A DNA stretch of 64,000 bases, taken from positions 198,650,001-198,714,000 of the forward strand of contig NC_058368.1 of NCBI RefSeq assembly GCF_018350175.1, written 5' to 3'. The translations under genes were made by a program, and so were the position numbers. This document shows, one piece after another, positions 49,507 through 62,589 of this stretch. Source of the DNA: Felis catus (taxonomy: Eukaryota). The notes below the pieces were generated by a model. The model ran no database searches and was not told the origin of the DNA. It was given only the letters and a program-made list of their open reading frames with translations. Each line of letters opens with the position of its first letter. Within the stretch, counting starts at the first letter, position 1.

Positions 49507-51045
49507 TTCCACATTTAAAATTTAGACCACATTGGGCTTCCATTTTGGAGTAAGTTGTGAAGCAGGGATACAACTTTGTTTCCCTCTTTGGTTAGTCATT
49601 GCTCAGCCCCATTTGCTGAATAATCCACCTGTTCCCACTGTTAAGATTAACCACAGATAGAACAATGTTTTTGGTTAAAAATGTCTTTTTGAAGACTCAG
49701 CATCTTGAAGACCTTTTGCAGAATATCACCTCCATTTCTCTTAATCAGCTACAGTGGTATCCTCCAATGGCAACAATCTTGAAGAGCTGATGTTTGGTGT
49801 GCCAGGTCACAAATTGTAGTATCCTTGGGTTTTTATTTTTGAGAGTTGTACTTAGTTTTGTGTATATAGAAACTTTATTGATAATCCTGTCCTGCTGTTC
49901 CAAATTGACCTAATGCTAATTTAGATTAAATGCGCTTACTTCCTAGTCAGTTTGCATATATCCTCAGATGTATCTTCTCCCCTTGATTTTCTGTTTATAT
50001 TGATCTAATATGCCATCAGCAGACTGCTTTAATTTTGATAATTGTATGTTTTAATATTGTAGGATACTTCTCTGCTGCTAGAGAAAGTAAAGAGTGGAAA
50101 AGGAGGCAGACAATACATTTCCTTACAGGCAAGTGACACGGAAGTTGTACACCTGACTTCCCACTCACACAACTGGCATCGTGTGGCTGCATTTGATGGA
50201 AAGAGAGGCTGGAAACTGCATCCTCCAGTTGAGGAGCCATGAGTCTGGCTAAATTCTATTAGTAAGGAAAGTGCTAGGGTTCAGCATGCTCTGGTGGGGC
50301 ACTTTCCAATTCGAGGAATCCCTGAAAGTCTGGTGAGGTCAAGTGTGACTTGCCTTCCTCTGCTCTCAAGACGGCTCACTTCTGTTTACAGGATATAGGG
50401 TCTCACTTCCCCAGGGTAAGGGTGTGTCCTGTGCGTAGCAGAGAGGCCTGTGTGTTAAGCCTTCAGGGAAGACTGGTTAGCAATGGCCCTGCCCTTTTCA
50501 CTCCAGTCTTAGTATTTCAACTTCTGAATGCTGTCATTCTGTGCCTTAGGAAGAAAGTGCTTCAAATGGAGGAGACCTTGCACAATTTTGCTGCCTTTGT
50601 GTTGGGGGTGACAAAATCTCACTCTAGGCAAAGGTAATTTGTTTGTATCATAGTGAATCCCAGAGCAGTGGTAAGGAAGCATTATAAACTAGCAGTTTCC
50701 CATATAACATGAACACATTTAGGGCTGGATTAAAAATTAAATCATGCTTCATATACTGACCACTCTTATCCTTTTGAGATATAACTGACCTATATTAGTT
50801 TCATGTGTACAACATAATGATTCAATATTTATATACATTTCAGTTTTTTAAACTTGCTCTGTTCAAAGAAGCAACATTTAAATGTGACGCAATTCTAGTT
50901 GACTGATAGGGAAGTTGTAATTCTGTAAGTACAGGCAAAGGATTTTAGAAAAACATGACAGCGGTCTAAAAAAATCATTGCAGTAGGTTTTTCAAAAATG
51001 GGATAAGTGATTAGAGTTTTAATTACTTGAAGAAGACGGGTTTTC

Positions 51046-53087
51046 CCATAGCCAACGTCCTACTCAGTGGTGAAAAACTGAGCTTTTCTCCTAAGGCCAG
51101 GAACAAGACAAGAATGTACACTCTCACCACTTATATTCAACATACCACTGGAAATCCTAGCCACAGCAATCAGACAACATAAAAGGCATCTACATTGATA
51201 AGGAAGAAGTGTAACTTTCACTATTGGCAGATGACATACTATGTATAAACTCTAAAGGACTCCACCAAAAAACTACTAGAACTGATAAATTGAGTAATGT
51301 CATAGGATACAAAATCAATATACAGAAATCTGTTGCATTCCTATACACTATTAATGAAGCAGCAGAAAGTGAAGTTAGGAAAATCCCACTTAAAATTGTA
51401 ATGAAAACAAAATATCTAGGAAAAAATGGAACCAGAGGTGAAAGACCTGTACTCAGAAAACTGGAAAACACGGATGAAGGAAATTCAAGATGACCTATAG
51501 AGATGGAAAGACATTCCATGTTCATGGACTGGAAGAACAAATATTATTAAAATATCTACACTACCCAAGGAATCCTACACATTTAATGCAATCCCTATCA
51601 AGATACCAACAGCATTTTTCACAGCACTAGAACAAACAATCCTAAAACTTGTATGGAACCACAAAAGACTTTGGCCAAAGCTATCTTGAAAAAGAGAAAA
51701 CTGGAGGCACCCCAATTCAGATTTCAAGTTACATTACAAAGTGGTAGTGATTAAAACAATAAAACAATATGTGCTGGCATAAAAAGACATATCAATGAAT
51801 GGAATAGAACAGAAAAGCCAGAAACAAACCCACAATTACATGGTCAATTAATCTTTGACAAAGGAGGAATTAATATCCAATGGGAAAGACTGTCTCTTCA
51901 ACAAATGGTGTTGGGAAAACAGCAACATGCAAAAGAATGAAACTGGACCACTTTCTTACATCATACACAAAAATAAACTCAATGGATTGAAGAATTAAGT
52001 GTGAGATGTGAAACCATAAAACTTCTTGAGGAGCACATGGGCAGTAACACCTGACATTGGCTGTGGCAACAACAATACCTATTGTTCCTGATAGGCCTCC
52101 TGAGGCAGGGAAAATAAGAGCAAAAATAAACAATTGGGACTACAGCAAAATAAAGTTTCTACACAGTAAACAGTAAAGGAAACAACAAAACTAAAAGGCA
52201 ACCTACTAAATGGGAGAAGATGACCGTGAAGTACATATCTGACAGAGGGTTACTATCTAGAATACATAAAGAACTGACCCAACACAATACCCCCAAAATA
52301 ATTAAAAAATGGGCAGAAGACATGAACAAACATATCTCTAATGAAGACTTACAGATGGCTAACAGACACATGAAAAGATGTTCAACATCACTCACCAGGG
52401 AAATAAAAATCAGAACTACAATGAGATAACACCTTACATTTGTCACAATAGCTAAAATCAATACAAACAAGTGTTGAAGATGTGGAGAAAAAGGAACTGT
52501 CTTGCACTATTAGTGGAAATATAAACTGGCATAGCCACTGTGGAAAACAGTATGGAGGTTCCTCAAAAATAAAAATAAAAATAAAAATAAAAATAAAAAT
52601 AAAAATAAAAATAAAAATAGAACTACCCTATGATCCAGGAATTGCACTATTTGGTTTTTACCCAGAGAATACAAAAACCACTAATTCAGAGGGATACATG
52701 CACTCCTATGTTTATCGGAGCATTACTTACAATAGTGAAACTTTGGAAGTAGCCCAAGTGTCCATCAGTAGATGAATGGATAAAGATGTGGCATAGATGT
52801 ACAATGGAGTAGTATTCAGCTATAAAAAAGAATGAAATCTTGCTAACTTGCAGTGACATGGATAGAGCTAGAGAGTATAATGCTAAGCCAAAATAAGTCA
52901 AAGAAAAACACCATATGACCTTACTCACATGTGGAATTTAAGAAACAAATGAGCAAAGGGGGGGGGAAAAGACCAATCAAGAAACAGATTCTTAACTATA
53001 GAGAACAAACTGATGGTTGCTGGAGGAGAGGTGGGGAAAATCGGGGATGGGGATTAAAGAGCATACTTAGGACAAAAAAAATAAAAT
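51046..53087 (+). mobile_element. 5'-truncated L1 (carnivore-type), degenerate ORF2 RT/C-terminal region and 3'UTR
   Basis: ggaacaagacaagaatgtacactctcaccac (GTRQ.C.LSP), ttggcagatgacata (LADDI, RT motif), tcaatatacagaaatc; many frameshifts; A-rich end near 53075-53087. Confidence 0.95.
52565..52618. repeat. (AAAAAT)9 microsatellite inside L1
   Basis: Nine perfect hexamers read directly. Confidence 0.95.
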
Positions 53088-54114
53088 GACCCTTCCTCCC
53101 CAAAGAGGTTTTGTTTAGATGGATATATCGGTGGGCAATATATGAGAGAGTGAAACACTGGCACATTATGAAGGATCAGAATTTCATGTAAGTGTTGACA
53201 ACAGATTTATTCTTGGCTGGTCTGTTTCATTGTGTAAGTTACTGACTTGGAAGTACTGTGTGTTCAGATAAGAATGACTACTGTAGCAAACATATCCTTT
53301 TTTTTTTTTTTTTTTTCCTCCACTTAATGCTCAAATTATAATTGGAGATGTGTGCTCCTTAGGGACTGTTGTTTGGTAACACCACTGAAATTCTAGTTTT
53401 CAGTCAACCCTACTGCTTTGAATTGAGATACTGATGCCAACATTTACCTAACGACTTTAGGTAAATGTGGCTGAGGCTAGCTGTATAAAAACTCAAAGCT
53501 GGGAAATGATGCTATGACCATGATGGTATTTCAGCACTTCACAGGTCATAGAATTCAAGAGTTAAAAAAGGGACATCCTGTCCATCTAGTCTGATAATAA
53601 TCAATTGGAAAGGAGTTACTACCTCTGCCAGAGTTTGGGAAGGTAGCCAAGAGAAGATTGTATATATATCACTAAAGCTTGTGTCGTCATTGAAGGAATC
53701 AGACCTTATGTGTTCTATTGATGAATGCATTAAAAAACTCCTTTTCCAAGTAAGTCTTATGATTTAAAATCCAAATAGATCAAGTGTGTTATTACTTAAA
53801 CCTTCTAATACCCTATTTGATGAAATAACTCCTTTCCATTTCATGAGATGCTTTGAGTCAATTATTATCCCTCTAACTTAATAAAAATTCCCCTCTGATT
53901 ATTTTGAATTAAAAATTCTGATAACATTTAAACAGTATAGAAGCATAGTGAAAAGTCTCTTACTACTTTTTCCATTAATGCATATTCTTAAAAATAACAT
54001 GTTGGTTTACCACATATTAACATATATCTGTGCTCATAAACATAGGTGTGCATGTATACGTTTTTAGAACCTAAATTAGACCATACCTCCCATTATTCTG
54101 TAACTTCATTTTTA

Positions 54115-54277
54115 TTTTTAATTTGTTATTTAATGTTTATTTTGAGAGATAGAGAGGGAGAGAAAGAATCTCAAGTAGGCTCCACGCCCAGCACAAGCTA
54201 GACATGACTGCAAGATCGTGACCTGAGCCAAAATCAAGAGTTGGACACTTAACCAACTAATCCACTCAGGTGTCCCA
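54115..54277 (-). mobile_element. Can-SINE with internal deletion (B-box region missing)
   Basis: Perfect TSD tgtaacttcattttta at 54099-54114 and 54278-54293. Confidence 0.9.
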
Positions 54278-54889
54278 TGTAACTTCATTTTTAAAACTTA
54301 GCTATTTCAGACATCTTTCCATGTCGTTACCATATTAACTATAAAGGTGTACATATTTTCAGTTCTGTTCTAAGTCATTAGAGGAGGATGCAGAGGAGGA
54401 GGAGGATGCAGAGAATTCTTTTAACATGAAATAAGGTATACCCCAAGTATCAGTTCTTAGTTTTCAGCGGGCCCTTTTCAGAAATTAGCAAATCATTGGA
54501 ATGTTGGATTGGTGAGTTGAGGGCAGTTTTAATATCTGGAGACTGAATTGGTAATCCCAGCTTTAAATTACTTAAAGCTATAATTAATCAAAAATATTTA
54601 AACCTAGTATTTTGGGTATCTGATGTATAACCGACTCATAAGAACCTAAAAGATGATTTTCACTAAGTGTAGAAATGTGACTTCAGGTCCACATTTACAT
54701 TTAGTTTTCGACTAAGTTCAAGCCAGCTTTGGTTCCACATTGTCTTTTTAAAATATTCCATCAGAAATTTAAAGTTGAGAATTTCCTATGCTCATAGATT
54801 ACTATTTTATTATCTGAATTGTCTGGGATTAGGCCAGACAGAACTCTTCTGGTAATCCAAATAAATTTCTTTTGTGTTCTGAGCTTATA

Positions 54890-54909
54890 TGTCCACTAGA
54901 GGGTGCATT
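54890..54909 (+). promoter_or_regulatory. CTCF-like motif
   Basis: TGTCCACTAGAGGGTGCATT is close to the CTCF consensus CCACYAGRGGGCGC; motif match only. Confidence 0.4.
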
Positions 54910-55663
54910 TTACTCTTTTTTGACACGAGATAGAAGTTTAAATCTGTAATTGTTTTAGGTTGCATGGAGCTGCCTGTATTTAATGATCAGAAAGCAAATT
55001 ACCTAAAATTCTTAAACATGGGCACTAGGAGTCTATCATTTAAAAATACAACTCATTAATATAAAACAATCATATTACTATTAAAGTAATGGCTTGGCAA
55101 TGAATGCTATAGGGAGGCACCAGCAGGGGTCAGCGAAGGGTGGTTAGGGAAGCTTCATGGATAAGCTAGGACTTTATGTAGCATTAAAAGACCAGTGAAG
55201 GTCAAATAGGGTAGCACAGTGCTTCTCAAACCTTTGTGTCTCAGGACCTCTTTACTAAAAGGCCTCAAGGAACTGTTTATGTGGGTTGTAGCAACAATAT
55301 TTAATAGATGAGCAAACAAAATACTTTGAAAATATTTACTAATTCATTTAAAAACAAGCTATTGCTTACTTATCTGAGTTACATTTTTTCAATGAAAAAT
55401 AAGTCTATTTTCTAAAACAAAAAAATTAGTGAGAATGGTTTTACATTTTTGCAAGTCTCTCTACCATCTGGCTTAATAGAAGACTGCTAGAGTCTCCTGT
55501 CTGCTTCTGCATTTATGTTCTGCAATATGTTGCTTTGGGTGAAGTATGTAAAGAAAATTCAACCTCCTGGAGATACGAAGTTAGAAAAGGGAGGGATATT
55601 TTAATAGCCTTTTCCAATAATTGTATTATTCTATGGCTCTTCACTGAACTTTCAAGTGGCTCC

Positions 55664-55829
55664 TTTTTCTTTTAAGTATTATTTTTGAGAGAGAGAGAGG
55701 AGAGGGACAGAGAGAGAGGGTGAGAGAATCCCAAGCAGGGTGTCTGCTTGATCTCATGAACTGTGAGACCATGACCTGAGCTGAAATCAAGAGTCAGATG
55801 CTTAATCGACTGAGCTATCCAGGTTCCCC
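55664..55829 (-). mobile_element. Can-SINE, internally deleted
   Basis: TSD core tcaagtggc on both sides; head ...cttaatcgactgagctatccaggttcccc. Confidence 0.88.
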
Positions 55830-55962
55830 TCAAGTGGCCTTTTCTTAAAGGTTAGTTGGAATGTGGATTCTGAAGCCATATCAGGATATGTACAGTCAGT
55901 TTTGTTAAAAAAATCCATTTGTCTTAGGTTTTGAAAGGATCTTTACCTGTGCATGGTTTTTA

Positions 55963-56174
55963 AAATTTTTTTTTTCAACGTTTATTTTTGGGACAGAGAG
56001 AGATAGAGCATGAACGGGGGAGGGGCAGAGAGAGAGGGAGACACAGAATCGGAAACAGGCTCCAGGCTCTGAGCCATCAGCCCAGAGCCTGACGCGGGGC
56101 TCGAATTCACGGAGCGTGAGATCGTGACCTGGCTGAAGTCGGACGCTTAACCGACTGCACCACCCAGGCGCCCC
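55963..56174 (-). mobile_element. Young felid SINE (SINEC_Fc)
   Basis: Near-consensus copy; TSD tgtgcatggttttt at 55948-55961 and 56175-56188. Confidence 0.97.
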
Positions 56175-57554
56175 TGTGCATGGTTTTTTAATATTAAGTA
56201 TTGATCTTGGAAAATATTGGTTAAATGAACCAATAGTTAACATATAGTTAAGTATATCCTCTAAATGTTAACACGGTATAAGAAAAATCAAATTTGTAAA
56301 TATCACTTGATTCAGCAGAAAAGGCTTTCAGTATTGGGAATTCATCAAATTCACCATGGCAAATAAAGATTTTCCAAAAAATCAATTTTCATTTGAAAGT
56401 TAAATTTTATCACTGGCAACAATGCTGTGTGTTCACTTGAATTCACTGGCTCATGTCATTTATTTTTTGAGAAAGTGTTTATAAGATACCCAGGTTTGAA
56501 TAATTGTAGTTTGCCTCTTAGTCATTCTTTAAAGTCAAAATAGTGTTCTGTGGAAAAAAAAAAATGCTAAGTCAGTTGATACATACTTTTTCTTGAGATC
56601 ATCCTCATACTTTAGTAAATAACAGAAATGCTATATGTGCATTTCCCATTTTATCACCCAGAATAATAAAGTAATAAAAATAAGTAACAAATATGTAATA
56701 AAAACATGTCATGGTAATAATAAGAAATAATAGTAAATTGTCCATGGCTAAAAGATACTTCCAGAGTCTAAGATAGACTAATGAATTTAATAAAATCAGT
56801 GTTTACTGATTCATCAAGGTCATTCTCAAGTGCAACTGACCTTTTCTTTTTTACCAGTGCATGGCGGTGAAAATTACAGTGGCTTTTAGTTTGATGCTGT
56901 TGCCATGATTTGTGCTAAGGGGCCAGTGGTTCTCTTCACTTGTGCTTTTACGTCATTAGTGCAAATGTCAACACAGTGTAAGAGGTAAGTACTGTCCTGG
57001 TATTGACATGAAAATAGTTTTGACCCTGTAGGTCCTTTGGAAGGGTCTTGGGGTACCCTCCGGAGTCCATAGCCTGCGTGTTGAAAATGGCTGGGCTGTT
57101 AAGAGTAGAACTGGGTGTTGTGGAAGCCACCGTGAACAAGGATGGTGTCTAAGGAAAGTAGGAGAGCAGGAGCCAGCTGAGCAGGGACTATAGGTGTGGG
57201 GTCTCGTGGGGAATAGAGGGAAGTCAGAGTACAAGAGCATGTGTCTTGAAGCTGGAACAGACATTTGAGGTACTGAGACCGTGGTTTTCCTGGTAGGAGG
57301 GCGCACATCTGTAACACCTCCCCTCTTCCCATTCCACCCTGCTTCTCTTCTGCCCATCCGTCTTCTGTATTTGAACCCCAAAGGCAACACGGAGCCCCGC
57401 ATTCTTCTTGGTAGGCCTTAAAATACAAACATTAGGGGCTTGAGCATTAGGATAGCTTCAAATGCCAAGCTAAGGATTGGACTTCCTGCTGTAGACAGTG
57501 ATGAGGAACCCTTGCTTAATCTGGTCCTCCCCTTCCTGAGAATGGCGGTTGACA

Positions 57555-58260
57555 ATGATATTTATTGAAGGTGTGCTGTATGGTAAATGTTAAGGATACA
57601 ACATTGACAAGATGGCCCCAGTACCTGTCTAGTAAGGGATATAATCAAATGTCAGCAGTGTTCTGGGGACCCACAGTGGGGACCTCTAATCCCAGAATGG
57701 GACAGACAGGGTTATAGGTCAGGGCAGACTTTCTGGAGGAACTCAAGTTATGTAGGCTAAAGCTTTTAAACTTTGAGGAGGAGTTACTCCAGCAAAAGGA
57801 AAGGGGGCTGTAAGGATCAGGAGGAGGAAGAGGAGAGGGTTTCCAGAGAGGGAATAAACTGTGCAAAGGCATGGTGGGAAGAGCCATAGTGGGTTGTTGA
57901 TGTGGCTGAGTGCAGAGTGTGAAGGGTCTAGGGTATTGTGTTTTAGCAGCCTATGCTGGCTTACACAGGGAGGCACTGGCCAGAGAACTGGAAGGCCCTG
58001 TCAGTCCTGTAGACAGAAATTGCTGACTGGCTGAGTGGGTGAAGGAAGGTAAGGAGTCCAGGACTTGAGGTTTGTGGCATGGGCAACAGGTTGGATGGTG
58101 GCTGACATGTCACTGGAGACCTCAAGGGACTAGCAAGTTCAGAAGAGAGAAGGATACCTTCGGTTCAGGAGATGCTGAGTTTAATGTAACTGTGGGGTAT
58201 CCAGGTAAAAAAATATTCCCCAAGCAGTTGCCTTACACGGTTCTGGAAACGAGGAGGTGG
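57555..58260 (-). mobile_element. L2 relic (3' region)
   Basis: atatttattgaaggtgtgctgtatg..gacaagatggcccc, gtcagggcagactttctggagga, tgtgcaaaggcatggtgg. Confidence 0.6.
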
Positions 58261-59254
58261 GGAGGTTGAGGGGGGAGAGTGAGAGAGGGTAGGTTGCTGT
58301 CGGTAGGTAAAAATGTGGGCAAGGTTATTCTGGTGGCTATGGCCAAATCACTTAAACCTTCTGAAGGTGTCATCTCTTGTAAAGTAGAAACAGGATTTTC
58401 TTTCATCTCTTGTAAAGTAGAAACGGTGTTTTACTTGCCTGCATCACCAAGCTGCTGTCACTCGAAACTAAAGAAAATGGAGCAAAAGCACATTATAAGA
58501 ACAAAGGACAGTATGCACTTGAGTAATTATTGCATGGGATTAAAAGGGGAAACGCTGGACACGTGAGAGCATGGAGAAGGCGCCAGGGAGTGATGGTCAG
58601 GACTATGGGAGGACAAAGGGAGGGGACCAGGGCACAGGGAGGCCGTGGTGATACCTGTACACAGGGGAGGGAGGCTGTCCTGACCCCTGCACCGGTTCAG
58701 CTGGCAGGGGAGGTGATCATCTGGAGAGAGAGGTAGGAACATCAAGAGAAGGAGCTTGTATGTCGGGAAGGTAACATCTTAAGCAAAGCTTATGTTGCAT
58801 AGACCTCTTGGTGCGTGTTGTCCGTTGGATGGTCAGGACGTGCCATTCAGGGCGTCCCCTCCCTTGTGCCCTTGTGGTTCACCTTTACTTTGTCTGCCAC
58901 GTGTACACATAGCCGCCTCAAAGTTTTACTGGCCAGCACAGTGTTAATTTGAGAAAGTGGAGTCTGCGTGCCTTCAGGACGGTCACGCGTGCTTCTGTAC
59001 ATCATGGGCCTCTTCGGTCCCTCTCACCCTCTACTCCCTCTAGCTGCTTCACAGATGGAGCCTTTCTGGCCTGCCCTCCAGGTATTTGCGTTTGTGAACC
59101 CAGGTGGACAGCTGCCCTGGACTGCTTGGCCTACGAGGGGAGAACGGTGAGGTGGGCGTGAGGATGGGGGTCAGAGCGGAAGCCAGTTAAGGGCGTCCCA
59201 GAGGGGAGCCCCTGATGTGTGGGCGAGCGGTCCCTGGGGTCAGATGGGAATGGG

Positions 59255-59471
59255 TTTTTTTTTTTTTTTAAGTGTTTTTATATTTGTTTTATTTTTGAGA
59301 GAGAGACAAAGCACAAGCGGGGGGAGGGGCAGAGAGAGAGGGAGACACAGGATCTGAAGCAGGCTCCGAGCTGTCAGCACAGAGCCCGACGCGGGGCTCG
59401 AACCCACAAACCGTGAGATCAGGACCTGAGCCAAAGTCGGCGCTCAATTGATTGAGCCACCCAGGTACCCC
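59255..59471 (-). mobile_element. Can-SINE inserted in a MIR
   Basis: TSD tgggaatgg(g/a)ttt; MIR-like sequence continues to about 59660. Confidence 0.92.
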
Positions 59472-61111
59472 GTGGGAATGGATTTAATTAAGCTTTCCTC
59501 TCTCCCACTGAGAGCTGCAGGATTTGGTGCAAGTTGCCTAACGTACCTGAAACTTAGCTCCTTGCCAGTAAAATACACCTCGTTTCACGTTTGCTGTAGG
59601 AGCGAACAGCATTGGGAAATGGGTGGCACCGTGTGCGGCAGGTATGTGAGCAGCAGGTGTTAACACATCTCTGGTCAATTTGGGTCAGAATGTGAGGTTG
59701 GGATTTTGAAATAATCCAGTAATTCACGCGAGAATGTCAGGAGTTAGGAAGGCTCCTTGGTTTTCAGGTTTTGTCTCTAACGCAAACTATTTATATTTGT
59801 TCAGCCCTCCTAGGGGAGGTTCCATTTACAAGATGGGTGGCACATACTTAATAATGGTACTTATCCAAGCCTTGGCTTTTCTAAATTTGGACCAAATATC
59901 ATTAGGATACTTCAAAAGGGCAGAACGTCCTGGAACCCTTATCAGTGCAAGTGACTTATGAGCACCACCCCGCTTGGGTCCTTTTGTTAAGCGACTCAAC
60001 CCATTTGGCCTTAGAAGTTCTACACTCCAACCCAACCCTCCTCATCTATCCCAGGGGTTCTTTTCCAAAGCTGTACCAAGAAGGAGGGCCTGGATGCCTG
60101 TTTTGCTTTGTGTATGTGTTTGAGGGGATGGGGCTCAGACCATTTTGGGTAACGCCAGGCACCTCAAGGAGTGTGTTTTCCAAATTATTTCCCAAGAATA
60201 AGTCAATGAAAAAGACACTGCTAGGTGCTGCTTTACAGTTCCTGGTTCTATTGAGGGGCTAGGGTATGGAAGGTGAAGGAGGAGTGTAGATTAGAGAAAA
60301 CTTCCCACTAAGAAAAAAGGTCTTCTAAACAGCCATGTAGGCATGGGCGGGACGTTTCCCTGCCAGTCCTATCTGGCAGTCCTAAGTCTATCTGGATTGT
60401 CCTGAAGCCTATTCCTTCTATTGGAGCTTTGTTAATATAGAAAGGCCCCCTGGAGCCCACTCAGGGGAAGCCTCCATTTCCAAGGTCACTTTGTCTTGAG
60501 GCAACTTTCACCTTCACCGCTAGGAGTTACCCACCCCAAATCCTTTCTGTATAACAGTAATTTCTGCAGCGTAGTTGCTTGAGAACTCCTTAGGAAGATT
60601 GAGAAAACCCCAGGTATAAGGCCCACCTGTAGAGATCTTTATTTTTTAGGCCTAGTTCAGAGTTTGGTTCTGATCCATGTAGTTTCAGAACACATCCTTA
60701 GAAACATTGCCCTAGATCAGTGATTCTATATCCAGGCTACACATGGGAATCACTTGGGAGCTTAAGAAGAAAAAAAAAAAAAAAGTACCAGTACCTGAGT
60801 TCTAGCCTTAAGATTGTGTGATTTAATTATTGAAGATAACAGTAGGTACACAGACACCTAACACATAGCTCATAACTCAGCATCAGACACCCAAGTCAGT
60901 GTATCTCAGGACAAAATCTTGGTGCTTAGTCTCTAAAACTGTCTTAGCAATTTTCTTACTATGTTTCCTTCCATTTTGTAGTAGGTGTTCACATTTCAGC
61001 ATTAGAATTTTTGGTCTATGAACTTTCTCCCATCACTTCTTACTTAATTCACTGTCTCAGAGTGTGTCGTATATACCCAGAGGATCTCCTATAGAGTGTG
61101 CTTCACCCTGC

Positions 61112-61130
61112 CACCCACCAGGGGGCAGGC
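61112..61130 (+). promoter_or_regulatory. CTCF-like motif (strong core)
   Basis: CCACCAGGGGGCAG is a perfect match to the CTCF core; motif match only. Confidence 0.45.
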
Positions 61131-61250
61131 ACACTCAGTCAAATACTTGGGCTCTTCCTGTCCGCGCACATTGTAGCTGGCAGGGGAAAAAAATTACCAA
61201 AAGAGAATGGAAAGGCAAACCTATTTAAGGAGGTCCTAAGCTAATGACCG

Positions 61251-61290
61251 GTTGTTGCTGTTGTTGTTGTTGTTGTTGTTGTTTGCTGTT
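61251..61290. repeat. (GTT)n trinucleotide repeat
   Basis: gttgttgctgttgttgttgttgttgttgttgtttgctgtt. Confidence 0.9.
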
Positions 61291-62589
61291 GCTCAAAGAC
61301 TTTTTCTAGGAAGACCATAGTTGGGTGGGTGAGTCTAAAGGATGTGCTACCATGGTTCAAGTCTTGCCCATAGCCCAAGGAATGTTTAAGGAATTTGGAC
61401 CACTGAGTACAGCAATGAAGAGTAAGAGAATGTATGTGTGATCACTGACAGCCACGGTGACAGGAGGGGCCTTTGCTTTCCAAGAGTGCCCACCCACCCC
61501 CACCCCCAAAAAAGTGGTGAGAGTAAGCCCCTCACAAATACCTTGAAATGCTTTCCCAACAGTGAGGTTATTTGTAAGGGCGCTGTATTTGGCGCTTTTA
61601 AACTAATACCATTGCATCCTTTTTCTAAGATGTGGTTTGTTTCAAGGAGAGGAGGGAATAAGGAAAACCGATCTCTAGTTGAAGAGGTCTCAGAATCTTT
61701 AAAAAGGAATCTGTGACATGAGGTTTTTTCCTGATTCCAGAAATGCATTAAGTGGAAATATTTTTCTCACCACTAAAGTGAAGATCACATTGGTATTTAG
61801 GTGGGCTTTCGAGGAAGCGGATGAACAAACGAACAACTTCTGGAAGAAGTTAGAACTATTTCTGATGCCTGTAAGTGTTCGCTGTAACACCAGATAAAAA
61901 CTTCAAGATACAGTAGTGGGGGAGGTGAGAATGACACTTTATATTCCATTCACTCACTTTCTCTTAGGTTGTTGTCTTGGGGTGGAGTCCCTGTGGTGTT
62001 CAGTGACCTTGACCCTGAGGAGCTTGCCCTGGGTGTCAGTAGCGTATCTGCTGTGCCAGTCACTGAGCTGTTGAGCTAAATCAAGCTCTTGTCTCTTAGT
62101 CCCAAATCTGCCCTTCTGAATGGAACAGCACCGTTCCCTGCCAGGTGCTCCCTGGTTAGATGCTGCCATATGGCTTGCTCCAGGGGACTGCAAGGCCAGA
62201 GGAGGGACTTGCTCCTGCTTCTTGTTTTCTTGCTGTTTCACTTCATCGCCCCAGCAGTGGCCCTCTCCCTTAGCAGCAGTAGTTGGTTTAAGTCTAGCTT
62301 CTACACATTTCCAGAACTAGCCTTATTATGTGCCCATTAGAGGTCTTGGCCCCAGTTAGCAGGGCAGGGCCCTTTCCTCAGAGGTGTGCACCCCAGTTCC
62401 ACAGGACTGCTTCTCCAGGCCCCTGGGGCACCAGTACGAGCCGGGCAGTGCCCCACCCTCAGAATGCTGCCCAGCTCCCTGCAGCTAACTCAGCTGAGGC
62501 CCAAATGTCCTGGTTGTGTGTTCAGTTCTGTAGTCCCTGTGTAACTCACTCGTGATGGGACATTCTCTATTAAAAGGAGTGTGGTTTCT

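Larger units (their letters stand above)
55217..57093 (-). mobile_element. Charlie1a-like hAT DNA transposon, near full length, containing two SINEs
   Basis: Termini cagtgcttctcaaa... and ...gttgaaaatggctg; internal ggcttaatagaagac, agtgcaaatgtcaacacagtg, atgaaaatagttttgacc match recalled antisense Charlie1a. Confidence 0.85.

Noticed and set aside
51190..52928. ORFs resembling a reverse transcriptase (ADDI motif)
   Set aside because: Frameshifted fragments of a dead L1 ORF2, not a novel RT system.
53560..53755. Open frame of about 65 codons ending at caa|gtaagt
   Set aside because: It begins in a MIR-like fragment, has no convincing in-frame acceptor, and the peptide is unrecognisable.
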